Shown: piece after piece, positions 15,695 to 24,225 of the stretch
Position numbering within the stretch: the stretch's first letter is position 1
Layout of the letters: the number at the start of each line of letters is the position of its first letter
From: Verrucomicrobiota bacterium
GTDB taxonomy: Bacteria; Verrucomicrobiota; Verrucomicrobiia; Limisphaerales; SXQI01
Direction: 5' to 3'
NCBI GenBank assembly: GCA_033762115.1
Contig: JANRLX010000125.1
Location: 1 to 24,225 of the forward strand
DNA length: 24,225 bases
Notes under the pieces: generated by a model
What the model saw: the letters and a program-made list of their open reading frames with translations, nothing else
The model's database searches: none
What the model was told of the DNA's origin: nothing
Program-made: the position numbers and the translations under genes

Positions 15695-16359
15695 GTAGAA
15701 GGGCTTTCAAACAATCTCATTTCGGGATCAACGTGACCTTTTCGCAACGCGACATCATAAATGGAGTTTTTCTCAACATCCTCATTTCCCCATTGCTGCC
15801 ATCCATCTCGTTGAAAACGGGCAAATAATTCAAGGTAAGGGCCTGGGGAACAGGATTCAATAAGATTAAAAATCTCGTCAGGCTTTCTGCTGTGTTCTCT
15901 TTTTCTGGTGGCCAGCATGTTAACCTGGGTACGACCAGGTTGAAGAGTTCGCATGGATCCACGAACCCCAAAGAGAAGCAATTCGGTCACATTACGAAAA
16001 TAAAAACCCACTCCTCGTCCATCGGGTCCGCCATCTTTCCTGATTTTGAACCAAACGATATTTGCTTTATAAGTAAAGCCCCAGGCTTTCATCACCTGAA
16101 GACCCTCCAGAAGTAAAGCATTGGGCACCCAAAGGTAGAGATGTGATTTCGCTGCGGCAAAGATTGGAACAGGCAAATCCATGATCTCCTGAAGTTCCAT
16201 CGTGGGATAGCGTAATAAGCGACGATGTTCCGGAGCGACCTTTCCAGTGCGGTTTTGAAATTGCCAGGGCGGATCAGCTAGAATTGTCGCGAACTGGCCA
16301 TTGATTTTGCTGGCCAGATCTTCTGCAGGGTTTGGTATTGTGGGGCTAAGAATTTTCAT
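15670..16359 (-). CDS. MT-A70 family N6-adenine methyltransferase (probable R-M methylase)
   Basis: ILADPPW catalytic motif, YPTM, HLYLWV, WGFTYK, ELLLFGVRG, REHSRKP, LELFAR, WGNE. Start set at ATG 16359 (ORF track begins at 16410), overlapping the endonuclease stop. Confidence 0.92.
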   Translation of the reverse strand: MKILSPTIPNPAEDLASKINGQFATILADPPWQFQNRTGKVAPEHRRLLRYPTMELQEIMDLPVPIFAAAKSHLYLWVPNALLLEGLQVMKAWGFTYKANIVWFKIRKDGGPDGRGVGFYFRNVTELLLFGVRGSMRTLQPGRTQVNMLATRKREHSRKPDEIFNLIESCSPGPYLELFARFQRDGWQQWGNEDVEKNSIYDVALRKGHVDPEMRLFESPSTYRGGNKS

Positions 16360-16942
16360 CGTACAAAGCGTGGGTGATGCCAAAGACAAGCACAGGGCAT
16401 CCTCCCCCACTACCTCCTTCCAGTTTTCTTAATAATTTACTGAGAATTGTGGTGGAGAAGCCATAGCTACTGCCACGTCCCAATTTGTCAAAAATCGTTT
16501 GGAGCTCGTCGCAACGGGTGATTATCACACCCACGTTAAGAGCCCTGAGCTGAAATAAAAGCCGAAAATTATTCAGATCACGATCATAAAATTCCGTTTT
16601 GTTGTTCCACTCAATTTCGACGCCAATTCCATTTTTAAAACAATCAACTTTGTGTGTGGGGCTGTCTATTTCACGATCATCGACTCGAATTTGAGTTTTG
16701 AAGCTTTTTTCCTTCCACCCCCGCCGATTGAAGGCTGCATCAATCGAAGCAGAAACTTTGCTTTTCCCGCCGCCGCCCACGCTAATGTGACTTTTGCAGA
16801 GGCGGAAATTGCCCAGGACTTCGAGAATGTCATTCCATTCATTAGGGAAATCATTCTTCAGGACGGCAGAAGCATGCCTCCATTCGTGAACGGCGTAATG
16901 ACTGAGGATGGTTTTGGGAAAATCGCTTAGCGCCACAGACAA
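16346..16942 (-). CDS. BglII/BstYI-family type II restriction endonuclease
   Basis: GWKEK, THKVDCFKNGIGVEIEWNNK (D-x-E-x-E catalytic core), DRDLNNFRLL, VGVIITR, GGCPVLVFGI; coupled to the MT-A70 gene. Confidence 0.85.
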   Translation of the reverse strand: MSVALSDFPKTILSHYAVHEWRHASAVLKNDFPNEWNDILEVLGNFRLCKSHISVGGGGKSKVSASIDAAFNRRGWKEKSFKTQIRVDDREIDSPTHKVDCFKNGIGVEIEWNNKTEFYDRDLNNFRLLFQLRALNVGVIITRCDELQTIFDKLGRGSSYGFSTTILSKLLRKLEGGSGGGCPVLVFGITHALYDENS

Positions 16943-17069
16943 AAGTTAATTGGCTGGCATTCTGGGATCCAGATTAATTTGTCTGCAATTTGCGAGCTTG
17001 CGGGCAGCATGATGATTCTCCATTTGTCGTGGGTGCGGGGCTCGTTTAGATTGCGCCCTCTTTAATATC

Positions 17070-18956
17070 ATGGGAAGCGAATCAGCGAGTTCGATCATTG
17101 CCGCGAGGGACATTTCGTTGCGTTACAACGACGAAATTATCTTTGATTCAGCGTCATTTGCGGTGGCGGAAGGAGAACGAATCGGCATGGTGGGGCGGAA
17201 CGGTTCAGGCAAATCCACATTCCTCAAAATTCTCGTGGGGGAGAAGGAGCCGGACAAGGGGGAGGTGATTCGGCGGCGGGATTTGGTGATTGGATATTTG
17301 CCGCAGGATTTCCAACTGGATGAGAAAAAAACCGTTTTCGAAAATATCCGGGGCGGCGCGGACCATGTGCTGGGATTGATTCATGAGTTCGAGCATTTGC
17401 CCGCGGATTCTGCGAAGCACAACGAACTGGAGGAGAGAATCCTGTCACTGGAGGGCTGGACCCTGGAGCAACGGATTGCCACGGCGATGGATCATTTGAA
17501 CGTCCCGGCGGGTGAGCGAATGATCAAGGGGTTGTCGGGTGGGGAGAAAAGGCGAGTGGCAATGTGCCGGGCGATTATTTCACGTCCTGACCTGTTGATC
17601 CTGGATGAACCGACGAACCATCTTGATCCTGAATCAATCGAGTGGCTTGAGGAATATTTGCGTGAGTTCAAGGCAAGCTTTGTGATGGTAACGCATGATC
17701 GCTATTTTCTTGATCGGGTGACCTCGAGCATTGTTGAGGTTGCGCAGGGGAGGTTCTTCAGTTACACGGGAAATTACAGTGACTATCTGGCGGCGAAAGC
17801 GGAGCGGGAAGCCACTGAACAGCTGGTTGAACGAAAGCGGCAAAGTTTTTTGCGCAGGGAATTGGAATGGGTCAGGCGGGGACCGAAGGCGCAAACGAGC
17901 AAATCGAAGGCGCGGCTGGACCAGTATTATGAAATTGCGGAGAAGGATGCGCCAGTGGTCGAGAGCAATGTGGAGATGATTTTGCCGCCTGCGCAACCAC
18001 TGGGGAACCGGGTGGTGGATTTGATCAATGTCGGAATGGATGTGGGCGGCAGACCGCTGTTTCGTGGGATCACCCTCAATTTCGAGGCTGGAATGCGCGT
18101 GGGTGTGGCGGGGAGGAACGGCGTGGGCAAAACAACGTTGTTGAAAATTGTCCTGGGTCAGATTGAACCGGTGGAGGGCTCGGTGAAAACGGGGACTTTG
18201 ACGAAGTTCAACTACGTGGACCAGTCCCGGCTGCAGTTGAACGAAGAAAAAACGGTGCTGGAGGAAATTTATGATGGCACTGAGTTCGTGATTTTTGGGA
18301 ATGGGAAACTCTCGTTGCGGGCTTACCTGAAAAGGTTTCTTTTCACGGATGACCGATTGTCCACAAAGGTAAAATATTTATCAGGTGGCGAGCGGAGCCG
18401 ATTACTGCTGGCGCGGATCCTGAAAAATGGCGGCAATTTCCTGATTCTCGATGAGCCGACCAATGACCTTGACCTGAATACGTTGCGGGTGCTGGAGGAG
18501 GCCTTGATTGAATTTGCGGGAGTGGTGCTGGTGGTCAGCCATGACCGCTATTTTTTGAATCGGGTTTGCAATGGGATGCTGGTTTTTGAACCGCAAGGGC
18601 GTGTGAGTTACAGCGCCGGAAATTACGATTATTACATTGAGAAACAGCAGCGGCAAAACGCGCCGATTTTTCCGGAAATGGTTTCGGCAGTCGTCACGGC
18701 AAAACCTGCAGCCTCAAAAGCGCGGAAATTGAGTTGGAAGGAGCAACGGGAACTGGAGGGAATGGAGGCGGAGATTGGAGCAGCGGAAGCGGAAATTGCG
18801 CGACTGGAACAAGTGTTTGCCGAGCCGGACTTCCATCGCAGGCATGGGAGCCAGACTGTGGAATTAAACAGCCAGCTCGAAAAGGCGCGGGAGCGTGCCC
18901 AGCAACTTTATGCGCGCTGGGAGGAGTTGGAGGCAATTGCCGCGCAATCGCGCTGA
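17070..18956 (+). CDS. uup: ABC-F family ATPase, Uup-like
   Basis: Two ABC domains (GRNGSGKS / LSGGE / LDEPTNHLD; GRNGVGKT / LSGGE / LDEPTNDLD), no TM segments, interdomain linker RRELEWVRRGPKA, C-terminal coiled coil KLSWKEQREL...RWEELE. Confidence 0.88.
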   Translation: MGSESASSIIAARDISLRYNDEIIFDSASFAVAEGERIGMVGRNGSGKSTFLKILVGEKEPDKGEVIRRRDLVIGYLPQDFQLDEKKTVFENIRGGADHVLGLIHEFEHLPADSAKHNELEERILSLEGWTLEQRIATAMDHLNVPAGERMIKGLSGGEKRRVAMCRAIISRPDLLILDEPTNHLDPESIEWLEEYLREFKASFVMVTHDRYFLDRVTSSIVEVAQGRFFSYTGNYSDYLAAKAEREATEQLVERKRQSFLRRELEWVRRGPKAQTSKSKARLDQYYEIAEKDAPVVESNVEMILPPAQPLGNRVVDLINVGMDVGGRPLFRGITLNFEAGMRVGVAGRNGVGKTTLLKIVLGQIEPVEGSVKTGTLTKFNYVDQSRLQLNEEKTVLEEIYDGTEFVIFGNGKLSLRAYLKRFLFTDDRLSTKVKYLSGGERSRLLLARILKNGGNFLILDEPTNDLDLNTLRVLEEALIEFAGVVLVVSHDRYFLNRVCNGMLVFEPQGRVSYSAGNYDYYIEKQQRQNAPIFPEMVSAVVTAKPAASKARKLSWKEQRELEGMEAEIGAAEAEIARLEQVFAEPDFHRRHGSQTVELNSQLEKARERAQQLYARWEELEAIAAQSR

Positions 18957-20415
18957 AGCGCCGCTTGACTTGCAGGCGGTGCTTCAGGAAAACAGTCGCA
19001 CGCAAAGCATCGCTTCCAATTTTTATGAACGGCAGAGACTGGTGGCTGGGGAGTCCGCGCAACTCCATGAAACCCGGTCCGCCCTTCCACCGGAACTGCT
19101 GCTTCAGCAGATCTGGCATCATCAACGCCTGCTTCGGAAAGCGCTTCGCACGGTTGATGGGCGCACGATTTCTGTGTTGCATCCCGGGTTCTGGAATGTG
19201 CATGCGGGACCGGATTTTCAGCAAGCGATCATCCAGATTGAAAACGAACCGCCACGACGTTGCGATATCGAGATCGATGTCATCGAAGAGGGGTGGAAAC
19301 AGCATCAGCATGAAGGAAACCCGGCCTTCGCCAGGGTCGGGCTGCATGTGATTTGGGATTGCGGCACGCAGGGTGGCCCCATTCCGCAACTGGCGATCAA
19401 GGGATTTCTCGATTCTCCACTGGAGGAATTGTCGCTGGAAATGCAGGCCCTCGCAAAACCGCGAGGAGCCATTCCCGGCGGAAACTGCTGCGGACCACTT
19501 TCCCAATGCAGCGCCAGTGCGCTGAAAGAGTTGTTGCGACAGGCTGCGCTGGTGCGACTTCGCAGCAAGGCGTTGCAGCTTGGGGCATGGGCGCGGCAAT
19601 CCGGTTGGGAACAGGCGCTCTGGGAGGGATTGTTTGTTTCTCTCGGCTACAGCCGAAATGTCTGGCCGATGAAACGAATCGCGGAAATAGTTCCCTGGCA
19701 ATCAAACCGTCAGGACCGGCTTTCTGCTGAGGCGTTGCTTTTCGGTATTTCCGGGCTTTTACCCCGCGACAACACCCAGGCTGTTCCCGGCACGCGCGTT
19801 TATATTCGGTCGCTCTGGGATGTCTGGTGGCGGGTGGAACCCAACTATCGCAGTTGCGTTCTTCCGAAAACGGCCTGGAATCTCGCGGGATTGCGTCCGC
19901 TCAATTCACCGGAGCGCCGCCTTGCAGTTGCCGCTGACTGGCTTTCCGTGGGTTCCCTGATTTCAAGACTGGAAGCATGGTTGCTGGCGGAGGTGCCTGC
20001 TGAGGAACTCGGGCACTCGGCGCAAAAAATCCTCGCGCCGACGCCGCATCCTTTTTGGGACCACCATTTTTCCTTCAAGTCGCGCAAAGTCACCGCGATT
20101 CAGCCATTGGGAACGGACCGGGCGGGTGAAATCATGATCAATATGGTGCTTCCCTGGTTTTGGATACGGGCGGTCACGGGAAAAAATGAGCGACTCAGGG
20201 AACGTATTGAAAGCCGCTATTTTGCATGGCCTGCATTGGCGGACAATTCCGCGTTGCGGTTCGCCCGTGCGCGATTGTTCAGTCAACCGCCACGTCTCAG
20301 GCATGCCGCCTTTCAACAGGGGATGCTGCAAATCCTTCGGGATTTCTGTGACCACTCGGACGCTCTCTGCAACAATTGCCGCTTTCCTGAGTTGGTGGGG
20401 AAATTGGTCGAATAG
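18895..20415 (+). CDS. DUF2851 family protein (start uncertain)
   Basis: ELLLQQIW, VLHPGFWN..GPDF, LHVIW, LGYSRN, LLFGISGLL, RPLNSPERRLA, FWDHHF and C-terminal FC-x6-C-x2-C match my recollection of DUF2851. The true start may be TTG 18970 or GTG 18979, after the uup stop. Confidence 0.75.
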   Translation: MPSNFMRAGRSWRQLPRNRAEAPLDLQAVLQENSRTQSIASNFYERQRLVAGESAQLHETRSALPPELLLQQIWHHQRLLRKALRTVDGRTISVLHPGFWNVHAGPDFQQAIIQIENEPPRRCDIEIDVIEEGWKQHQHEGNPAFARVGLHVIWDCGTQGGPIPQLAIKGFLDSPLEELSLEMQALAKPRGAIPGGNCCGPLSQCSASALKELLRQAALVRLRSKALQLGAWARQSGWEQALWEGLFVSLGYSRNVWPMKRIAEIVPWQSNRQDRLSAEALLFGISGLLPRDNTQAVPGTRVYIRSLWDVWWRVEPNYRSCVLPKTAWNLAGLRPLNSPERRLAVAADWLSVGSLISRLEAWLLAEVPAEELGHSAQKILAPTPHPFWDHHFSFKSRKVTAIQPLGTDRAGEIMINMVLPWFWIRAVTGKNERLRERIESRYFAWPALADNSALRFARARLFSQPPRLRHAAFQQGMLQILRDFCDHSDALCNNCRFPELVGKLVE

Positions 20416-20456
20416 AAATCGATCACGCTTGACTTTACGCTCAATACAAGAAACGT

Positions 20457-20989
20457 GTGATCGCACAATCTATGTCTGAGATGCCAGCATCGTCGCCAGT
20501 CATGGACGAGAAATCCCACGCAGCGTTCAGGGATTACGCTTGGAAGTATTTTGCCCTTCATGCTGACCAACGCCTCAGGACGTTCAATTTCTTTCTGATT
20601 CTCGCGACAATTCTTGTGAGCGCATTTGTGACGTTACTCAAGGAGGAGGAGAACTGGCTCGGATTGTCCATTTTGCCCTTCCTTCTCGCGTTTTTTTATT
20701 TGTGTTTTGGAAACTGGATATTAGGAACAAGCAACTTGTTAAGACTGGGCAGGATGCGTTGAAATTCCTGGACGAGCAGCTTGGCCTTAACAATACCAGC
20801 AGCGAACCTCATGTTCTTAAGCTCTTTGCCCGCGACGAGTATGCAACTAAAGGACTCGGGCGTTTTCCCGAGAAGCCGATTATGGAAGCGCACTTTACCT
20901 ACTCAACTTGTTTTCATTGCGTATTCATGCTTTTCGGAGTGGGCGGATTCGTCCTTGGCCTGTATTGCCTTTTCAAAGGGTTTCTTTAG
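20457..20989 (+). pseudogene. Small multi-TM membrane protein gene split by a 1-nt frameshift at a T7 run
   Basis: ORFs 20457-20762 and 20702-20989 join into one coherent protein (...LLAFFLFVFWKLDIRNKQLVK...) if one T is added to TTTTTTT at 20691-20697. Could be a sequencing error. Confidence 0.65.
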
Positions 20990-21103
20990 CAGGATCCAGC
21001 GGGACAAGTATCGGATCTACAATTTTTCGAATTGATGGGGAAATTGCGGGAAATGTGAACGTGGTTCCTGTTTTCTTCTCTGCTACGCAGAATTCCAGAA
21101 CTA

Positions 21104-22270
21104 TTATTTGCCTGCCCAGCGGCGGGCGAGTTGATGGGTGGGTTTTTCGATGAAGCGGTAAAAGAGCCAGGCCACCGGGATCGCGAGCAGGACGAACAGC
21201 AGGGAGAAGAGCAGGTTGTGCGGTTTGTCCTTGAACTGGTTGTAATACAGACTGCCGCAGAACCTGAAGAATGGAAAATGAATCAGGTAAAGGGAATAGG
21301 AGATAGTCCCCAGAAAAATCATCGCTTTGGTGAAGGGTGGTTTCCATCTAGGCAGATTTGCGGATTTGTTGAGTCCCCACAGGATGAGCAGGAAAAAAGC
21401 CGCTCCCCAGAAATAATCCTCAATCCATTTCCATGAGTGGACCATCCTTGTGGCCATTCCTCCAGCGGTGCAGAGCGGCAGCAGGGCAGTAAAAATCCAG
21501 TTCCATTTTGGCAGCACCTTGTGCCGCTGCCATTCGGCAAGCAAAGCGCCGGCGCACCAAATAATCCAGTAACGGGGGAAGCTGTAGTGAAACCATTGGA
21601 CATGGTTCTTCGCGAGCAACGCCCCGGCCACTGAGACCAGGCCGACTCCCCACAGGAGCGTGGAGAGAGAAAAGCGAGGGAGCAGCAGAAGCAAAAATGG
21701 GTAGAGAATATAAAATTCCATTTCAATCGGCAGGGACCATAAGGAGGGATTGCCTACCACTGCCACGGTTGGGCCGCCGTAATTTTGCAGCATGAAAGCG
21801 CTGCGGATCGCTGCGTTCAACGAGGTGGATTCCCCCAGCATGAGTTCCATCGAGACACGTTCCACGAGCAGCGAGAGCAGGAGCGCTGCAAGATAAGGGG
21901 GATAGATGCGAATGAACCGCCTGATGGCATAAACCCGCGTTTTGAAATCCTCCGGCTTGCTGTCCACATAAGGATAATGGATGCAAAACCCGCTCAATAA
22001 AAAAAAGAGCATGACCCCGGCCCCGAGAAAGGGAAGCGGCGCTGAGAGCCAGGCAGCGGCGCGGTCAAATTCAGTGTAGGCAGCGGGATTGCTGCGGATT
22101 GCCTGCCAACCCACCCAGAGATCGACGCGGACGTGATGCAGCACCACGCCAATGGCTGCGAGGCCGCGGAGAATATCGATCCAGACCAGTTGATCGCCTG
22201 TCCGCGCCTTGGGGGCTGGTGTGACAGGTGCGATGGTGGGTTCGCCGATGGCTCCGCTTTTCACGTCCAT
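21104..22270 (-). CDS. Acyltransferase family 3 (OafA-like) membrane protein
   Basis: IDILRGLAAIGVVLHH, GVMLFFLLSGF, RRFIRIYPPY, WSLPIEMEFY, LGTISYSLYLIHFP, YRFIEKP. Confidence 0.92.
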   Translation of the reverse strand: MDVKSGAIGEPTIAPVTPAPKARTGDQLVWIDILRGLAAIGVVLHHVRVDLWVGWQAIRSNPAAYTEFDRAAAWLSAPLPFLGAGVMLFFLLSGFCIHYPYVDSKPEDFKTRVYAIRRFIRIYPPYLAALLLSLLVERVSMELMLGESTSLNAAIRSAFMLQNYGGPTVAVVGNPSLWSLPIEMEFYILYPFLLLLLPRFSLSTLLWGVGLVSVAGALLAKNHVQWFHYSFPRYWIIWCAGALLAEWQRHKVLPKWNWIFTALLPLCTAGGMATRMVHSWKWIEDYFWGAAFFLLILWGLNKSANLPRWKPPFTKAMIFLGTISYSLYLIHFPFFRFCGSLYYNQFKDKPHNLLFSLLFVLLAIPVAWLFYRFIEKPTHQLARRWAGK

Positions 22271-23787
22271 AACTGGCGGTCAAGCGAGCGGAACTGGATC
22301 GCTTCTGAAATATGTTCGGCTGTGATTCCCGGCGACCCTGCCAGATCAGCGATGGTGCGTGCCACTTTTAAAATCCGGTCATAAGCGCGGGCGCTTAACC
22401 GCATGTCGGTCATGGCAAATTTCAATAATTCCTGGGTGCCTGCATCCAATTGGCAATGCTCTTTCAGTTCCTTTGAACCCATTCGCGCGTTGCAGGTGAT
22501 CTTCGGTTTGTTGCTGAAACGTTCATGCTGTTTTTTTCTGGCCGCGATCACTCGTCCACGAATTTGCGCGGAGCTTTCGGCGGGACGCTGGCTGGTGATT
22601 TCGCGAAATTTTACGGCAGGCACTTCGATATGTAGGTCGATCCGATCCAGGAGCGGGCCGGAGATGCGCCCCAGGTAATTCTGGATTTCGCGCGGGGTGC
22701 TTTTCGATTCGGAAGGCATTTTTCCATCCGGGGTGGGGTTCATCGCTGCAACCAGCATGAATTGGGCGGGGAAGGTCATGGTGCCCGCAGCCCGTGAAAT
22801 GGTGACAGTTCCCTCTTCCAAAGGTTGCCGCAAGGTTTCGAGCACGTTTCGTTTGAACTCAGGCAATTCATCCAAAAAAAGCACGCCATTGTGCGCCACT
22901 GAAATTTCACCCGGCGTGGGATTGATGTTGCCGCCCAACAAGCCAGCGTCAGAAATGGTGTGGTGGGGGTTGCGAAAGGGGCGTCGTGTGACCAGCGGCT
23001 GTTTGACTGGCAACAAGCCGACAATGCTATGAATCTTTGTCGTTTCCAGCGCCTCGTTCAGCGTCAGCGGCGGCAGGATGGTCGCCATGCGCTTGGCCAG
23101 CATTGATTTCCCGGTGCCGGGCGGGCCGATTAACAGAACATTGTGACCGCCTGCTGCGGCCACTTCGAGGGCGCGCTTGACCGATTCCTGTCCTTTCACA
23201 TCCGCAAAGTCGAGTTCATCGGAAACCGTTTCATCGAAGACACGGGAGAGATCCACTTTGGTGGGGACGATTTTTTGAGTCCCTTCAAGAAACTGGACGG
23301 CTTCGCGCAAATTTTGGATCGGGAAAACGTTGATTCCAGCGACCACCGCTGCCTCAGGCGCATTTTCCGCAGGCACAAGAACCCCGAATTTGCCAGAGTC
23401 CCTGGCCTGCAATGCAATCTGCAAAGCGCCTTTCACCGGGCGAATGGCCCCGGTCAGGGCCAGTTCTCCTGTCACCACAAAATTTTCCAGTTCCTGCCCG
23501 TTCATCTGTTCACTGGCGGCGAGCATTCCCAGGGCGATTGGAAGATCAAAACTCGGCCCCTCTTTTTTGACGTCTGCCGGTGCGAGATTGATGGTGGTTT
23601 TGCCGAGCAGAAACTTGAACCCGGAGTTTTGCAGCGCGGTGCTGACACGGTGATGCGATTCCTTCACCGCTGCGTCAGGCAGGCCCACTGTGACGACGGT
23701 CGGATCGCCCCAGCCGGAATTGACTTCCACTTCCACTGGGTAAGCGTCGATGCCTTGCACAGCGGCAGAACAGACCTTCGCTAACAT
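22261..23787 (-). CDS. comM: YifB/ComM family Mg-chelatase-like AAA+ ATPase
   Basis: Start ATG 23787 (MLAKV). Motifs VGLPDAAVKES, INLAPADVKKEG, DLPIA, Walker A GPPGTGKS, RPFRNPHHT, LFLDELPEF, ISGPLLDRID, RILKVARTIADL. Confidence 0.92.
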   Translation of the reverse strand: MLAKVCSAAVQGIDAYPVEVEVNSGWGDPTVVTVGLPDAAVKESHHRVSTALQNSGFKFLLGKTTINLAPADVKKEGPSFDLPIALGMLAASEQMNGQELENFVVTGELALTGAIRPVKGALQIALQARDSGKFGVLVPAENAPEAAVVAGINVFPIQNLREAVQFLEGTQKIVPTKVDLSRVFDETVSDELDFADVKGQESVKRALEVAAAGGHNVLLIGPPGTGKSMLAKRMATILPPLTLNEALETTKIHSIVGLLPVKQPLVTRRPFRNPHHTISDAGLLGGNINPTPGEISVAHNGVLFLDELPEFKRNVLETLRQPLEEGTVTISRAAGTMTFPAQFMLVAAMNPTPDGKMPSESKSTPREIQNYLGRISGPLLDRIDLHIEVPAVKFREITSQRPAESSAQIRGRVIAARKKQHERFSNKPKITCNARMGSKELKEHCQLDAGTQELLKFAMTDMRLSARAYDRILKVARTIADLAGSPGITAEHISEAIQFRSLDRQLWT

Positions 23788-23935
23788 GGCGCGAATTGTT
23801 GCGCTGCTTCCATCGCGGGGCAATCGCAAAGATGAGTTACGTTCCCTTGCAGAACGGGTGGGCTATACTTTTATAGTGGAAGTTTAGTCCTGAAAATTTT
23901 CCGACTAATGAATGCAGGTCAGACCTTAACTGCCT

Positions 23936-24223
23936 TCAGCAAAGGCCAAGGTCATGCCATTTGGTGCCGCGCCATTCGTAGGTGGCGACGGTAGGGGTCA
24001 ATCCTTCCCGGTTCATCAGTTCAACGTGTTCGGCGCAAGCCTGTTTGGCCTCTTCGAGATCGTCATGTTCTGAAATCAGACCGACAACCGCGCAATAGGT
24101 GATGAATGGTTTGACAGCGGGAGGGCGGAAAGAGGGCATTTTTAGCGCTTCAATCAGGATGGCGGTCTTTTTGGCATCCAAAGCTTTGGCGATGATCGCC
24201 ATGTCGCTTTTAGTCAGGTATTG
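23936..24223 (-). CDS. Hypothetical protein (possibly truncated by the window edge)
   Basis: 88 aa from ATG 24202; the frame stays open to the window end (QYLTKSD-MAII...). No family recognised. Confidence 0.5.
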   Translation of the reverse strand, partial: QYLTKSDMAIIAKALDAKKTAILIEALKMPSFRPPAVKPFITYCAVVGLISEHDDLEEAKQACAEHVELMNREGLTPTVATYEWRGTKWHDLGLC

Positions 24224-24225
24224 GG

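Noticed and set aside
15670..16942. Inferring the R-M recognition site from site avoidance
   Set aside because: AGATCT and CAATTG both occur in the window, and 24 kb is too little for an avoidance test by eye.

Overview
Bacterial chromosomal segment, moderately GC-rich. Gene style and protein C-termini suggest Verrucomicrobiota (inference only). Left to right: a 5'-truncated Ycf46-like AAA ATPase and a TauE-family transporter; an ECF sigma / anti-sigma / beta-helix-RDD membrane protein module; apgM and a sugar-phosphate nucleotidyltransferase; three tandem minus-strand paralogues encoding secreted FecR-like proteins, divergent from a secreted CAP-domain protein; rimO-pgsA-pgpA; a lower-GC BglII-family endonuclease + MT-A70 methyltransferase cassette; uup; a DUF2851 protein; a frameshifted small membrane-protein gene; an acyltransferase-3; comM/yifB; and a truncated hypothetical gene. 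The best candidate for an undescribed system is the FecR-like triplet (7359-10563). Each copy has a conserved secreted domain ending in a VSPE junction, followed by a different tail built from shared modules: five Cys/His CxHxxCG[TS]RC[ND]Y repeats, a Pro/Asn-rich tail, or two GNNGVGNG..PGNPG repeats flanking one Cys unit. All three copies lack the Thr of the FecR Gly-Thr self-cleavage site. All family assignments are from motif recognition by eye; no searches were run.
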